Counted from the stretch's first letter, positions 37,551-50,458 are shown. The stretch is DNA of 64,000 nucleotides from the human T2T-CHM13v2.0 reference genome, Homo sapiens (GCF_009914755.1 NC_060935.1), one strand, 5' to 3'. The notes: a model not told the origin generated them from the sequence alone. Program-made: numbers and translations.

Positions 37551-37648
37551 CCTTCTCTGCGGGGTTGAGCCTGGTGGGCCTCCTGACTCTGGGAGCCGTG
37601 CTGAGCGCTGCAGCCACCGTGAGGGAGGCCCAGGGCCTCATGGCAGGG
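37551..37648 (+). CDS. TSPAN32: Tetraspanin-32 exon 3 (TM2)
   Basis: Long pyrimidine tract + cAG, donor GGG|GTGAGT; AFSAGLSLVGLLTLGAVLSAAATVREAQGLMAG. Confidence 0.95.
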
Positions 37649-37730
37649 GTGAGTTCATTGTGTTCCCAGATGCCCAGGCCCCCAGAAAAGAATTAGAAAG
37701 GAGTGAAGAGCTGGCAGGGCTGTGTGCCAC

Positions 37731-37870
37731 CCCCACACCTGAGTGACCAGGCAGAACCAGAGGCCCCAGGGATGCTGGCCAGCCGAGACCCCCACGTCAA
37801 CCCCACACCTGAGTATCTAGGCAGAAACAGAGGCCCCAGGGATGCTAGCCAGCCGAGACCCCCTACCTGG
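37731..37870. repeat. Tandem duplication, 2 x about 70 bp, TSPAN32 intron 3
   Basis: ccccacacctgagt...aggcagaa.cagaggccccagggatgct.gccagccgagacccc repeated. Confidence 0.9.
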
Positions 37871-39377
37871 GTAGCCAAGGCCCCTCCACCAGGCCCTACC
37901 TCACCCTGTCATCTACACGCCCAACAAGGGTTCCTATAGGAGCTCTGAAAGAGAGAGACGGCCCTCCTGACCCTGGGAGCTGTTTCCAAAGTCCCTGGGA
38001 GGGTCTGGTTCATGCCCAGCAAGCTCTGGGAGGGCACTGGGAGCATCCCATTTCCTGTTCGGAGGAGGCCGGGCCAGGCACAGGAAACGCCCCTTGAGCT
38101 CTCCAGCCTGGGTTCTCCGGAGCTGCACACTCTCCTTCCCAGCTGCCGGAGGTGTCTCCCCAGCCCCGAGGTCCCATAGGCCCCTCCACCCCACCCCATA
38201 GCAGTGGCCTCTTGTCACCCTCATTCCTACTCCTCCCCATGGGCTTCTGTCTTGGTCCCTGCCACTCGATGGTCATCGCAGACCCCACCTGGCGGCAGCC
38301 TCCCCACGCCTGTCCTGCCCCTGCTAGGCCCACAGCCCTCCTCTCTCACCCCAGCTGGGGCAGCTCCTCCCTGGCGCCCCGGGCTCCCACCTGTCCCTCT
38401 AGCCTCCCGTCTCCCCTTTCCAGCCATGAGGAGCTTGTGCTGGGGGCTTTGCTTCCCTGTTTAGCCTGTGAAGCTGGACCACTCTGGGGGTCCCTGAGGG
38501 CAGAGCCTCCTGGGTCCCCAGGGCTGGCAGGGTTTTCAGCTCAGCCTTCAAGTTCAGCAAATGCTTGTTTAATGACCCTGGTTTATAAATGTCTCCAAGA
38601 ATAGGAATAGAGTCACCTCCTGGAGCTGCTGCCGGGCCAACCAGCCCTGGGTGGGCCCATGGGGGGCAGAGGAGGACCCAGCAGCTCCAGCACTAGCCAG
38701 GATTCCTGCTCCGGGGCACACGAGCATGGGCAGGGACAACCCCGGCCTGTGCTATCTGGCTTCAGGGCCAGGTGGGAGGCCCCAGTGGGGAGATGACAAG
38801 GCAGGTAGTCTGCCCCCCCCCCCCCCAGAGGGTGTGTGGCCTGCAAAGGGACACCTGGATGGAAGAAAAGGCTGGCAACAGGGCCAGGCCAAGGGGTCCA
38901 GGTCAGAGCTGGAGGCCCAGAAAGAACCGGCGCTGGGGCTGCAGTACCGTCCACCAGGGGGTGCCATGGTGCTGGGCTTGAGGCCACATATGCAGAAGCC
39001 AGCCGCTGGGCCACGGGGCTCCTGTCCCAGTCACCAGCCTTTCCCACCCCACCTTGCCCCCGTGCACAAACCAGTCTAGCACCCTCATCTGTGGCCAAGG
39101 CGGTCAGGGAGCACCTGGGCTCAGGTTCTGTGTCCCCAGCCAGCCCCAAGGCCAGGGTGACTTGACATGTGGGTCAGGCCTGTAGAGCAGCCTTGGAGGC
39201 CCCCAACTGGATGCCTGCACTGGGCTGGGGTCCTGAGGACACTCCAGTCCCAGCTGGGTGGGCTCCAGCACAGCTCCCAAGCCCCAATGCACTTAGACCC
39301 AGCCTGGATGGTGAGCTCAGCATGGCCACAGCAGGGAGCTGGGAGACCCCAGTCAAGAGACCTGCCCCATTGAGCTG

Positions 39378-39488
39378 CATGCATGTGTGTGCATGAGGGT
39401 GAACTTATGTGTATGCGTGTGCAAATATACATGTGTGTGTGCATGTGCATGAGTGTGTGTGTGCATGTGTGTGTGCGTGTGCAGGTGC

Positions 39489-39538
<50 letters not shown>
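39378..39538. repeat. (TG)n microsatellite with degenerate flank
   Basis: Pure TG run at about 39493-39538. Confidence 0.95.
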
Positions 39539-39540
<2 letters not shown>

Positions 39541-40186
39541 GTATCTGTCACCGGTCTTCACCTGCCCCTGTTGCCATACGGGTGTGGTGTCTGCGTGTTG
39601 CATCTGGCACATCTGTATGTGTGTCTGCACGCATGAGCACAAGTGAAGGGGCTAGGGAAGGGGAGCAGGGAGTGGAAAGATTTTTTCCAATGGGCTGGGC
39701 GCCTGGATGCTCCCCACAAAGCCCCTTCCTGCCTGCCCCCACCCCTCCGGCCTCTCCCCTAGCTGGCCTCTCGCACAGGAAATGAAAGAGCTTGCTGGGC
39801 TGAGAGAGCAGAGCTGGCAGCGCTGCCCAAGGAAGCAGATTCAATTCGCTTATGTATCTATTTATTTATTTCCATTTAGAATGAGGAGAAAGAAAATGGC
39901 CAGGGCAGACCTGACCACCCAGCAGCCTCTGATGGTGAAGGCCCTGGGGAGGTCTGGGTGGGCCCATCCACCACCCAAGATCCTCTCTGCGCGGGAGGTT
40001 GGTGGTGGGGGGAGAGAGAGAAAGAGAGAAAGAGAGAAAGAGAGAGAGAGGCCGTGGATGCTCTTTCTCCTGAGGAATGAAATGGTTTCTGGAAAATGCT
40101 GGTCTCCTGAGCTGGCTCAGGGCCTCAAGCCTGGGAGGCAGCATTGAGTGATAGCTTCCAGATGGGGATGGTGGCCCTCAGCCAGC

Positions 40187-40508
40187 AAGGAGGAGGAGGA
40201 GGAGGACGAAGAAGGAGGAGGGCAGAGGAGAAGGAGGGAGAAAGAGGGAGAGGGAAGAGGAGGAAAAGGAGGGAAAAGGGGGGAGAAGGGAGAGGGAGAG
40301 GGGGAGGGAGGGGGAGGGGGGAGAAGAAGGAGGGAGGGGGAGAAGGGAAGAGGAGGGAGAAGGAGGGAGGACAAGGGAGGAGGAGAAGGAGGAGGGGGAA
40401 GGAGGAGGAAAAAGAGGAAAGAAGGTGAGGAGAAGAAAGAGGGGGAGGGTGGAGGGAGGAGGAGGAAGAGGAGGAAGGAGGAGGAGAGAGAAGAGAGGAG
40501 GAGGAGGC
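40187..40508. repeat. Polypurine (GGA/GA) tract, about 320 bp
   Basis: Almost exclusively G and A on the plus strand. Confidence 0.95.
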
Positions 40509-41805
40509 AGCTCCCAGGCCATCCCCCATCAGGCCTTGCAGCCTCCAGGGCAGGCAGGAGGGCCATGCGGAGCCGCCAGCGCCCTGTCCCTGCAGGGCTG
40601 GAGGCCCCATGCTCACGCCTGTGCTTGGGGGCCAGCAGGGCTCCCCAGCTCTTTCCACGCCCCTCTGGCCCAGCTTCCCCTGGCATGCCAGCGTTGTCGC
40701 TGCCCACCTGCCAGCATGTGTGGGTCTCCGTCTATCCCACGGGCACCCATGCTCCTGGCATCACCCTGAATGGGGCCCCAGGGTTTGAAGGGCCCAGACC
40801 CAACCTGCTCCAGCCTGTGGACCACCCAGGCGGGCACAGTGCTGCCTGAGGGGGCTGGCGTTTCACCGGGGCCTCAGGACTCCTGGGGGAGCTGCCTGGT
40901 CGGTGGCTAGGCTCACCGTCAGGTACTCCAGGTCCTCAGGGCACCAGCATGAAGGCAAAGGCGGCTGCCCAGACCCTGAGTGGGAGGACATCCCCAGGGT
41001 TCTTAGCCTGGGTGACCTCTGCCACCATCCATAAAACTGTATCGGGGGCATCTGTATGCTCTCAGAGGAGGGGTCTCTCGTGTTCCTTAGCTTCCGCAAG
41101 GGGGCTCTCAAAAGCCTGGAAGCCTTGACCGAGAGAACAACGGGCAAGTGCTGGGGGCGGGTGCGCAGACGTTTCCACCAGAGAACGCCCCACTCCACGA
41201 CTAGGGGCACGGGCATCAGTGAGAGAGAGGGGACAGTGGTTGGCCGGGCCATGGAGACCCAGGCAGAGTATGGAGAGAAAGGGAGGTGAGGGAGGTGGGC
41301 TCAACTGCAAAGAGAGAGGCCATAGCATCCTGAGCAGGCACCACACCTGTCCCAAGCCTCACCAGCACTGGGCTAGCTGGTGCCTTGTTTCAGAAAAGAA
41401 GGCAAAACAGAAGATCCTACAGCCCCGGCCCTGGAGAGGCTCAGGCTCAGGGGAGACTCTGCCCGGCCCTGTCCAGGTCCATGCCCCTCAGGAAGCAGCC
41501 CCAGTGGGCAGAGGTCTCCATCTTCTCAGGGGTGCCCTGCCCCTGCTGGGCAGGGGTGCAGTGTTGCCATCAACAGGCCCCTGGGGGCCAAAATGGGAGA
41601 ACAAGGGATGAATTCCCAAAAAGCGCCGGGGAAGGGGATGGGAAGGTGCTATGGAACCCACGCACCCAGCGCCCACGCTCTCCCCAGGCCAAGTCTCCCT
41701 CTCAGGCAGTGGGGAGCGGGACTCAGACCCACACCTCGACCAAGCATCCTGCTGGGGGCGCAGCCTGAGGGCACTGCCCTGCCCAGGCCTGCCAGGCCCC
41801 ACCAG

Positions 41806-42020
41806 GCCCCGCAGTGACTGCCCCCACCCCCGCAGTGACCACCCCCCCACAGTGACCGGCCCCCCGCAGTGACCAGCCCCCCGCAATGACCAGCCCCGAA
41901 CAGTGACCAGCCCCCCATAGTGACCGGCCCCCCACAGTGACTGGCCCCCCCACAGTGACCGGCCCCCCCAGCAGCGACCAGCCCCCCGCAGTGACCAGCC
42001 CTCAACAGTGACCAGCCCCG
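41806..42020. repeat. Minisatellite, about 17-20 bp unit (cagtgaccagccccccg), about 12 copies
   Basis: Tandem array ending 12 nt before TSPAN32 exon 4. Confidence 0.92.
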
Positions 42021-42032
42021 CTCTGCCCCCAG

Positions 42033-42107
42033 GGCTTCCTGTGCTTCTCCCTGGCGTTCTGTGCACAGGTGCAGGTGGTGTTCTGGAGACTCCACAGCCC
42101 CACCCAG
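42033..42107 (+). CDS. TSPAN32: Tetraspanin-32 exon 4 (TM3)
   Basis: ccccAG|...CAG|GTGAGC; GFLCFSLAFCAQVQVVFWRLHSPTQ. Confidence 0.95.
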
Positions 42108-43929
42108 GTGAGCACCAGCTGCCCCTACCCTGCAGTGGAGGGTGCCCCAGTAAGCCAGTGGGCACCTGGGGACTGGGGAGCAGTCCTGGGAGGAGCAGCC
42201 CCAGCTTCCAGGCTTGTGCTGACCGGGTGGGGTGGGGGAGACCGCAGCCTGGGTTCCCTCTGCCTGAGGCTTCAGGGAGGCCAAGCGCTGGAGGTGGGTG
42301 AGGGCCAGCAGCTCCCTGGTGGGGAGGGACCTATGCTGTACCCCTGCCTTCGCCCCAGTCTCATTTTCTTAAAGCCCCTCAGCCCACCCCCTCCTGAGCT
42401 GATGCCCCTCGGGTTTGAGGGAGGGAATGAGGAGGAAGAAGAAGGAAAGCCACTGGCTTGGCCTTAAGGGTTGACTAGAAGGAGCAGAGTGTTCCAGAAA
42501 ATGAGACCTGAGGGCCAGCGCTCCTGATGGCCTGGTGGGGCAGACAGTACCAGTGGGGAAGGGACCTGGAGACCCGCGGACTGGGGTGTCGCAGCCTCCA
42601 CCCCCTCCACGGAACAGCACCCATCCTTCTGTCCTGGATGCTGACCTGCCTGGAGGAGGGTCCGGCCTAGCTGACCGTGGGCAGGGGCCAAGGGCGTCCC
42701 CGTGGAAAGGCCAGCAGCTTGGAGAGGAAGGAGGCCTCCCTGGCCCAGCAGAGAATGAGAGCTCGGTAGCAGAGCCAGCCCCACCTTCCCCTTGAGAGCC
42801 AGACCTGGTGAGAGCCCCCAGGGCAGCCGGGCGGCACCAGGGACAGCCACGGGCAGGGTCATGGAGTGGGGCAGGAGAGCCTGGCAGGTCACAAGAGGTG
42901 ATTTCTTGGAGCCCTAGCTGGAGTCCTAGTGGCCTCGTGTATTCAAGTGCCTGGTTGCCCAGGGCCCTCAAACACAGGCTTGGCCATGAGAGATACTGAG
43001 GCTGGTAGCAGGCAGGTCCTCTGGCTGAGCTCTGCAGGGGGCCCGCTGTGCAGTTTCTTGAGCTGTGCTGGCAGCCTGAGTGTGGTGGTCCCCACCGTGG
43101 TTTGCAAATGGGGGGAATCGGGCCCTCTGGGGGTGGGGGGAGCTCAAGGTTACCCTGGCAGTACCGGGGCTGGATGGGGGCTCCAGGCTTACGACAAAGG
43201 CTCTTGGCCCCAAAGTGCCCACCCACCCCTGGCATCATTTGGGAGGAACCGCCTGAACCAGGTGGGAGAAACACCATTTTCTCAGGCCCAGAAGGATCCC
43301 AGAGGGGCTGAGCCCCCAGAAGAGGGCTGTGGCTTTGAGGACTGGCACAGGAGTCTTACCAGGGTGGTGAGCTCGGCCAGGTCCGTGTTTCGGCCTCACG
43401 TTTCCTGTCCACTGAGGGGTGGTCTGGCTCATTTGAGGTCTGGGTCACAGTGTGGGTGGCCGAGGTCAAGACAGCTGCCAGGGTTCCCCGGGCTCGTCTG
43501 GGGCAGCTGCTGCCCATGCCCCATGCTTCTGTGTGTTTATGGCTCTGATCGTGGAGCCACAATTCTGGAGGGGAGGGGGCCATACAGGGGCCACAGGACA
43601 GAACGCAGCTGGGACCTGCTCTCCAGGAAGGGAAGGGGGTGCAAGAAGATAGATGCCCCAGCCGGGCTCACCTATGGCCTGTCCCAGCCCCAGGCAGCAT
43701 CCCCCACACACATGGTCCTTGTCTGGCCCGTGCGCCCAGCTGCCCTTCAGGGGTCAGTTCTCAGGGCCTTGCCTGACCCCAGGCAGGGGACTGGGGCTTC
43801 CTCCTGGGCCTCTGGTCCCCATCTGCCCCTCCCAGTGGGTCTTGACTTCTGGCATCATCTGTGTCAGGCCTGGTGGCCATGGAGGTGGCCTGGGTGAAGG
43901 AGCTCTGAATATGAAGTCAGTGTCCTTGG

Positions 43930-43990
43930 GCCGCCCTTGGGCAAGCCACTTTAACTTCCTGGGCCTCAGTTTCCTTTTCTGTGAAGGGAG
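43930..43990. mobile_element. MIR core fragment
   Basis: ccttgggcaagccactttaacttcctgggcctcagtttccttttctgtgaa. Confidence 0.7.
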
Positions 43991-45298
43991 CACCAAGATC
44001 CAGGGGCTGCATGGGTGGGAATGGCCAGGTGTGTGCAAAGACTCTTCCTCCTCACCTGCGTGCCTCCTGCCGTGCCCCGTTGCCCAGGCTGGTCCTCCAG
44101 GACATGGGACTTGCTCGAAGCTGTCCTGGGTGTGGATGGAGTGGCTTTGGTGCCAGGGCCCGGGCCCTGAGCAGGAGGGGCGGCTGCACATCCCGTCTCC
44201 TGCCCTCCACCCTCAGGGCCCACCAGAGCCGAATGGGCTTCAACCTTGGGCTCCCTGTCCAACAAAGTCCTGCTGGCAGCCTAGACAGTGGCAAAGGCCA
44301 AAGGCCCCAAGCTGTTGGCACCGGAAACGTCGAGGTGAGAGCCGGGGGCCCAGAGCCCAGCCCGGCCCATTCACCCATTCCCCCTGTCCCTCCCCACAGG
44401 GCCACTGAGGTGTCCTGAACACAGGGTCAGGGTGACTCATGTGGTGCCCCTGCGGATGGGAAGGCAGAGGACAGAGGAGGGAAGGGACCAGCCACATGCC
44501 CTTGGTGGTGCCCTGTGGCCACAGACCCGGGCCCAGAGCTGAAAGTGGGGTGCCCCTCCACCTCCCCAACTCTTGCCCCAGGGAGTCCTGGCTGCCACTT
44601 CCCTGGGATGCTCATGCGGGCAGGAGGCGTGGACCGGGCTTCAGGGATGAATGTGGAGCTTGAGGGCTATTAATTACGTTCTCCTCGAGGGCTGAGAGCC
44701 ACTTTGCCTTAACCCTCCCCCTGTGCCCTGACGAGTCTGCTTCGGGAATAATTCATGCTCAAATTAAGTACAGCAGTGTGGGGTGCAGCCTCGTCCTCAC
44801 AGTCTGCCCCACCCTGGAGCCACTACCCTCCCTGGATCCTCCAGCCGCCGAGTGGGCTCAGGCCAGAGCCAGCTCTGTACCTGTGGGGCTGGTCCACAGG
44901 CCTCCTGCAGCTCCTGGTCCCCACCTGCCGTTCAGGACCTGTCTGTACCTTCCTGAGCACTTTCAGCAGACACAGGATGGGGTCGCCAAGCCCAGGCAGA
45001 CACCAGGGAAGATCTGGTCATGGGGAAAAGCCCCCGGGCACCGGAAGACGGAGCTTAGTGCGTTGATACCTGTCAGGCAGCACCTTCCCCCAGGTGTCCT
45101 GAGAAACACAGGCCCCAGGCTCCTTCAGAGCCCCCAGAGCCTGGAATGGAGACAGACGGTGAAGCATCACCTAGGAGCCCAGGCCCCGTGAAGAGCAGCC
45201 GGCCCGGCCTCCAGGGCCCTCCAGGGCCAGACAACCGGCTTTGGGGTAGGAGGCCTACCTCGCTGAGCTCTGCTTCCCCAGTCGTGGGGAGAGCTGCT

Positions 45299-45386
45299 TG
45301 GCAGAGCCAGGCAGGGCAGGAAGAGCCAGGCAGGGCAGGCAGGGCAGGCAGGGCAGGCAGAGCCAGGCAGGGCAGGCAGAGCAGGC
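45299..45386. repeat. (GGCAG/GGCA)n simple repeat
   Basis: ggcagggcaggcagggcagg array. Confidence 0.85.
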
Positions 45387-46950
45387 CCCTCAGCCACTAG
45401 CAGGAGTTGTCACTCTCGCCCATGCTGTGGTAATAATGACACCTTGCTCACAGCCTCAGAGGCACCTTTGTCCTCCTTGGGCCATGGCAGGCGCCTGACA
45501 ATGGGAACAGTCATTGGAGTTGGGAGGGAAGCAGGAGGGGAGGTCCGAGCCAACCCCCGGGCCCACTCCGCTGGGCCTCCAGTCCTCACCAGGACCTCCA
45601 CCCACGAGGACACAATGGCCAGGCCAGACTCCACCCCCATTTCACACTCACAGACGCTGAGGCTGAACAAGGCCCCCGCCCTGGCCGACAGTGGTGTGGC
45701 CAGCTTGGTGCCTGCCCGCCCCTGGGCACTGCGGGGAGGACGAGGCTGGCTGAGTCGGGGATGACTCACGGAGAGTGGTCTGACTTTTATTAGCATCAAT
45801 GGGAGGGATGCATTAGGGTCAGGAGCCAAGTTTGGCCTGGAAAGTCCATCTGACTCCTGTTGGGGCCTCCAGGCTTGGGCAGGGCTGACCGAGAGCCTCC
45901 ACTGCCCACTGCCCGCCCAGTTGGCCGCTGTCAGGGCCTGCCACGGGGGCTGGGCCCCAGTGCAATGAGGACCGCCGTAAGCCACCCTTCCTTTCTGGAG
46001 GGCAGGTGTGAGTGGCTAGAGCGGGCCTGGGGCTTCCATCCTCCCCCAGCCCTTTGGGGCAGCTGCTGAGCACCCCCTTCATGTGTCTTGACTGTCAGCA
46101 TGGCATTTGGGGGAGAACTGAGGGCCTCTGAGGCAGGAAGGAGACATCAGAGGGCAGGGACCTCAAAGAGGGCCTCGCCCTGTGCCAGGAGACCAGCGAC
46201 TCCTGGAGCAGTCACAGAAGCCTTCCTGTAGGAGGCGAGATTCCAGTTTGTCTTTGAAGGAGTAACTTGGCAGGGGAGAGCATCTTGCTTAGGAGGGTGG
46301 AGACATGAGGTCCAGGTGTTGGTGAGGTGTGGAGCGCAGGCAGCACATCCAGCCAGGCCCCGTCACCTTCCACCTTCTTCACCCCCTGCCCCACAGTGGC
46401 CTCGTCCACCCAGATCTGGCCTCAGGTGCCCAAGGCTTCTCTGGTCAAAAGCCTTACCCGGAGCCCAGCTGCCCGGGCTTCCAGAAGGCAGCCGGGTGAT
46501 TCTTGGGAAAGATCTAGAATCCCCAAGCTTTCTGGGAGCTGAGGTCCTGGCACAGGGTCTCTCAAGCCTTTTCCACCAGGCCCAGCCCCATCCCCCATTT
46601 CCGGGTCAACAGTAGCGTGCTGGAAACTTCTGTGGGCCAACCTTGTAAGACCACAGCGGAGGCGGACGCAGAGCTTGGCCTCTGCTTTATCCTGCGGGAC
46701 CCTCTGGGGGCAGGAGGGCCACTCTGACGGCCATTGTGTGAAGGCCCCATCGTTGATGTTGGGAAGCACTGTGACTGGCTGCCCAGGGACCCAGGTTCCG
46801 CTTTGGAGAGATCCACCTGCTACAAGGAGGGCAGTGCTGGGACGTCACTCAGCACTAAGGGCCCACTAGCGTTTGGGATGTCGTGGGGAGGGGGCTGTGT
46901 CCCCGGATCTCCCACCAGGGCCAGGACCTCCCTGTGGTCTCTCGGTGCAG

Positions 46951-47052
46951 GTGGAGGACGCCATGCTGGACACCTACGACCTGGTATATGAGCAGGCGAT
47001 GAAAGGTACGTCCCACGTCCGGCGGCAGGAGCTGGCGGCCATCCAGGACGTG
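46951..47052 (+). CDS. TSPAN32: Tetraspanin-32 exon 5 (large extracellular loop)
   Basis: tgcAG|...GTG|GTGAGC; VEDAMLDTYDLVYEQAMKG...AIQDV. Confidence 0.95.
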
Positions 47053-47333
47053 GTGAGCGTGGGGACGGCTGGGTGGCAGGGCGGTCAGCTTCTGCTTGGA
47101 CTGCAGTTCAGAGAACAGGCGCAGGGTGGCCAGTGAGAGGTCTGGCCAGGCACCGAGGGGGTTCCAGGACACAGGCCAGAGTTGCCCCTCAGGGCTGGGG
47201 GCAAAAAGCTCCCACCCTCTGTCTGCCCAGGACAAGGCCGCCTACCAGATTCTCGAGGCCCAGTGCAAAACGAGAGGGCAGGGCCCTGTATTCAGAAACA
47301 CTGAAGGATTTCAAGAGCATTAAAGCAAATACG

Positions 47334-47491
47334 GGGCCGAACATAGTGGCTCACACCTGTAATCCCAGCACTTTGGGAGGAGGTTGAGGCAGGTGAATTG
47401 CTTGAGCCCAGGAGTTCGAGACCAGCCTGAGCAACATAGGGAGACCTTGTCTCTACTTTAAAAAAAAAAAAAAAAAGAAAAGAAAAAATAA
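47334..47491 (+). mobile_element. Alu left monomer (FLAM-like) with A tail
   Basis: ggccgaacatagtggctcacacctgtaatcccagcactttgggagg...gagaccttgtctctac + poly(A). Confidence 0.88.
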
Positions 47492-47782
47492 AAGCACATA
47501 CAGCGCACAGGGCCTGTGAACAGGGCGGGGAAGCTGCCTGGCTCCAGCAGGTGTTCTGTCACCAGCAGGCAGGCAGCGCAGCTTGAGAGAGCTCCCCTTA
47601 CCAGGGCCCGGCTGTGCAATGGCTGGAGCCCCAGCAGAAGCAGCTGCAATACCAGTAGCCCCAGCCCTGGCCTGCAGGGAACCCCACCTGGATACTTGTG
47701 GTGCCTCAGTTTCCCCATATGTGCTGCCCGCCTCCTGGGGTCTCGGGAGCACATCACCACTCCCTCCCTTCTGTTCCTGTAG

Positions 47783-47869
47783 TTTCTGTGCTGTGGGAAG
47801 AAGTCTCCTTTCAGCCGTCTGGGGAGCACAGAGGCTGACCTGTGTCAGGGAGAGGAGGCGGCGAGAGAG
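47783..47869 (+). CDS. TSPAN32: Tetraspanin-32 exon 6 (CCG motif)
   Basis: ctgtAG|...GAG|GTGAGG; FLCCGKKSPF...EEAARE contains the tetraspanin CCG signature. Confidence 0.96.
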
Positions 47870-49545
47870 GTGAGGGGGGGACCTGGATGCTGGCCAGGCA
47901 AGACCCTCGGGGGCTGGACACCCTGGGGCCCAACCCCAAGACCCAGGGCCATCCTCCCACCCCACCCCTTGGCCTCCCCAGACCCTTGGGAACTGCCGCT
48001 GAAGGGCTCAGGGAAGGTTCTGATGTGATCGGAGGCTAGTTAGGGTTCATGGTACGCCAAGCCCATTGGGTGGCCAGGCTGGGCTCAAGACATAAACACA
48101 GGCCCCTTTGCCCAGCTGGACGCAGGCCCCATGCGCCATTCACTCCTTCAAGCCAGTTCCAGCCTGGGGACTTCCCAAGGCCAGCTAAGTCCACAGAAGC
48201 CTCTTGGAGTGCACCCATGAGGGCTCTGTGCCAAGGGCTGCAGGGCTGGTGTGGTGGGCTCTGTCTAGGGGGAAGGGTGCAGGCGTCCTGGGGGGCATCA
48301 GAAGGAGTTGAAGGGCACTCAGAGGAGAAGAAGCCAGGCTGGAGGGTCGGCGTAGGCCAGGGTGTGGCCAGGGCTTCAGCAACAACAGAGCGGGGCCCGA
48401 GGCCAGGAAGCCTTTCCTCCCCAGGGCCCTGGGAGAGACTGGGCCCTCCTCTCTTTCTCCTGGTGCCCGGCAGCCCTCCCCCAGCCCACCCTGCCCCCTC
48501 CCTGCTCCCCTCCCCGCTCCCCTCCCCTACTGTCCTGGAAACAAACCCACCCTATCTCACAGTGGGAGGCACCTGGCGACCCTCCAAGAAACAGAGGGGA
48601 GGAGAGCAAATGGCTGGAGGCCTGGTGAGGGGTGGAGCCACAGCCAAGGCTCTGAGGGCAGAAGGGCTGGCGCTGAGGATGGTGCTGGGGAGGGACCAGC
48701 GGCATTGGGGGCAGGGCTAACAGTCAGGACCCCTGTGCCACCCAAGGAGAGACTGAAAAGGCCCCCGACTGAAAAGCAGGAGCGAGGGCCTGCCTCGAGC
48801 ACCCTTGGGATGGCAGGGCCATGGGCCCGACTGCAAAGCCTCCTGGGGAGCCGGAAGAGCCAGCACAGGCGGCAGGCACGGAGCCACCCAGATGGGCTGG
48901 CATGGGCGGGAGGGAGGCAGACCTGCCTGCGGGGGACAGGAGGGTGAGCCCTGAGACCCTGCGGAGGCCTCCACAGGCCGCCCCAGTTGCCATCATCTCC
49001 AGGGTTCAGAGACAGGCCTGCCACCTCCCTTTTCTGAAAAGATGCCTCTGGGTGCCATGCCCTGGGGTGGCACTGGAAGCCTGGGATGGAACCAGGAACC
49101 TGGGACTGTGCGGGGACCCCCCTCACACCCCTCCACCAGCTGGCTTCCTGCCCTCCCTGTTAGCCATCACCCTCTGGTCACCAAGGTGCTGTGCCCGGCC
49201 CTGGGCTGGATGCTGGGAACCCAGAGTGAATTCGAAGTGGCCCGGCCCAGGGGAGCCAACGTGTGGCCCAACATGGACGCTCAGGACAGCTGGGAGACGG
49301 CACCGGCCGGGCCCAGGGCAGTGCCAGAGTGCCCACAGAGGCCAGCCCTGTCCCACTGGGCTTCACCTGCTCGTGCTGCCTTTCCCTAGAGCCCTGGGGG
49401 CTTCCTAGGAATGTGCCGCACCCGCCGCCCTGCTGCCCTGGCATTGGCCTAGGTGGGCGCTGCAGCTCCATGGCCCCACAGAGGCCGCTTGTCCAGGCAG
49501 GGAGGGCCGCTCAGGGCGGGTACCATGCCTGCTGCCCTCTCACAG

Positions 49546-49629
49546 GACTGCCTTCAGGGCATCCGGAGCTTCCTGAGGACACACCAGCAGGTCGCCTCCA
49601 GCCTGACCAGCATCGGCCTGGCCCTCACG
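49546..49629 (+). CDS. TSPAN32: Tetraspanin-32 exon 7
   Basis: cacAG|...ACG|GTACCC; DCLQGIRSFLRTHQQVASSLTSIGLALT. Confidence 0.93.
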
Positions 49630-49892
49630 GTACCCTCTCGCCTCCCTCACTGCCCCTTCCCACCTCCTGCCCCTCAGCCTGCCCAGCCCCCGACTCAGAT
49701 GGAAGGGTGACCCGGGACAGGATCTCTGGTCTTGAGCCTCACTGGCTGCCAACCTCAGGGAGCTGCTCTGGTGTGACAGGGCCTGCCTCCTACAGCTGGG
49801 CCGCCCCCTTACACTGCAGAGTCCTGATGCTTCCTGGGGAGGGGCGCCCGCACCCTGGGGCAGTGGGGCAGCCGCGGGTGTCTCCCTCCCAG

Positions 49893-49984
49893 GTGTCCGC
49901 CTTGCTCTTCAGCTCCTTCCTGTGGTTTGCCATCCGCTGTGGCTGCAGCTTGGACCGCAAGGGCAAATACACCCTGACCCCACG
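49893..49984 (+). CDS. TSPAN32: Tetraspanin-32 exon 8 (TM4)
   Basis: cccAG|...CG|GTAGGG; VSALLFSSFLWFAIRCGCSLDRKGKYTLTP. Confidence 0.94.
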
Positions 49985-50458
49985 GTAGGGCCCCCTGCCT
50001 GCCCCCACACCCTCTGGAAGGGTCCTCCAGCTCTGCTCGAGAGGCATCTGCTCTGCCAGCTGCTAGGAGGGAGCCCCGGGACCAAGCCCCAGGCTGACAC
50101 TGTAGAGGAAACGCTTTGGGGGTGGCTGAGCACCAGGGTGGGGTGGGAGACCTGGAGAGTTTCCAGACCCAATGCACCGCACCCCATGGCCCACATGGGG
50201 ACCCCCCTTTGCTTACCCCCAGGCCTTACCAAGACCTGGAGATGGATGCTTCTGGGCCTCCAGGTTATAGCCCCAGGCCAGGATCTCTGTGCTTGAATAC
50301 CCCAGAGCTCCTCATGCTTAGGGGGCTGGGAGGGTCCAACCCGCAGCCAGGCAGCTCTTCCTGCCCCCACGGAGCCTGGCCCGTCTCTGCCTGCCATGCC
50401 CATTAACCCACCCACTTGCTCTTCCTGGCCATCCAAGCCCTCATCCCTGGGTCCTCTG

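Noticed and set aside
40117-40849. Glu/Gly/Arg-rich and Ser/Pro/Leu-rich ORFs
   Set aside because: Translations of the polypurine tract.
42369-44408. Intronic ORFs of 250-320 aa in TSPAN32 intron 4
   Set aside because: GC-rich chance ORFs with no domain or splice support.
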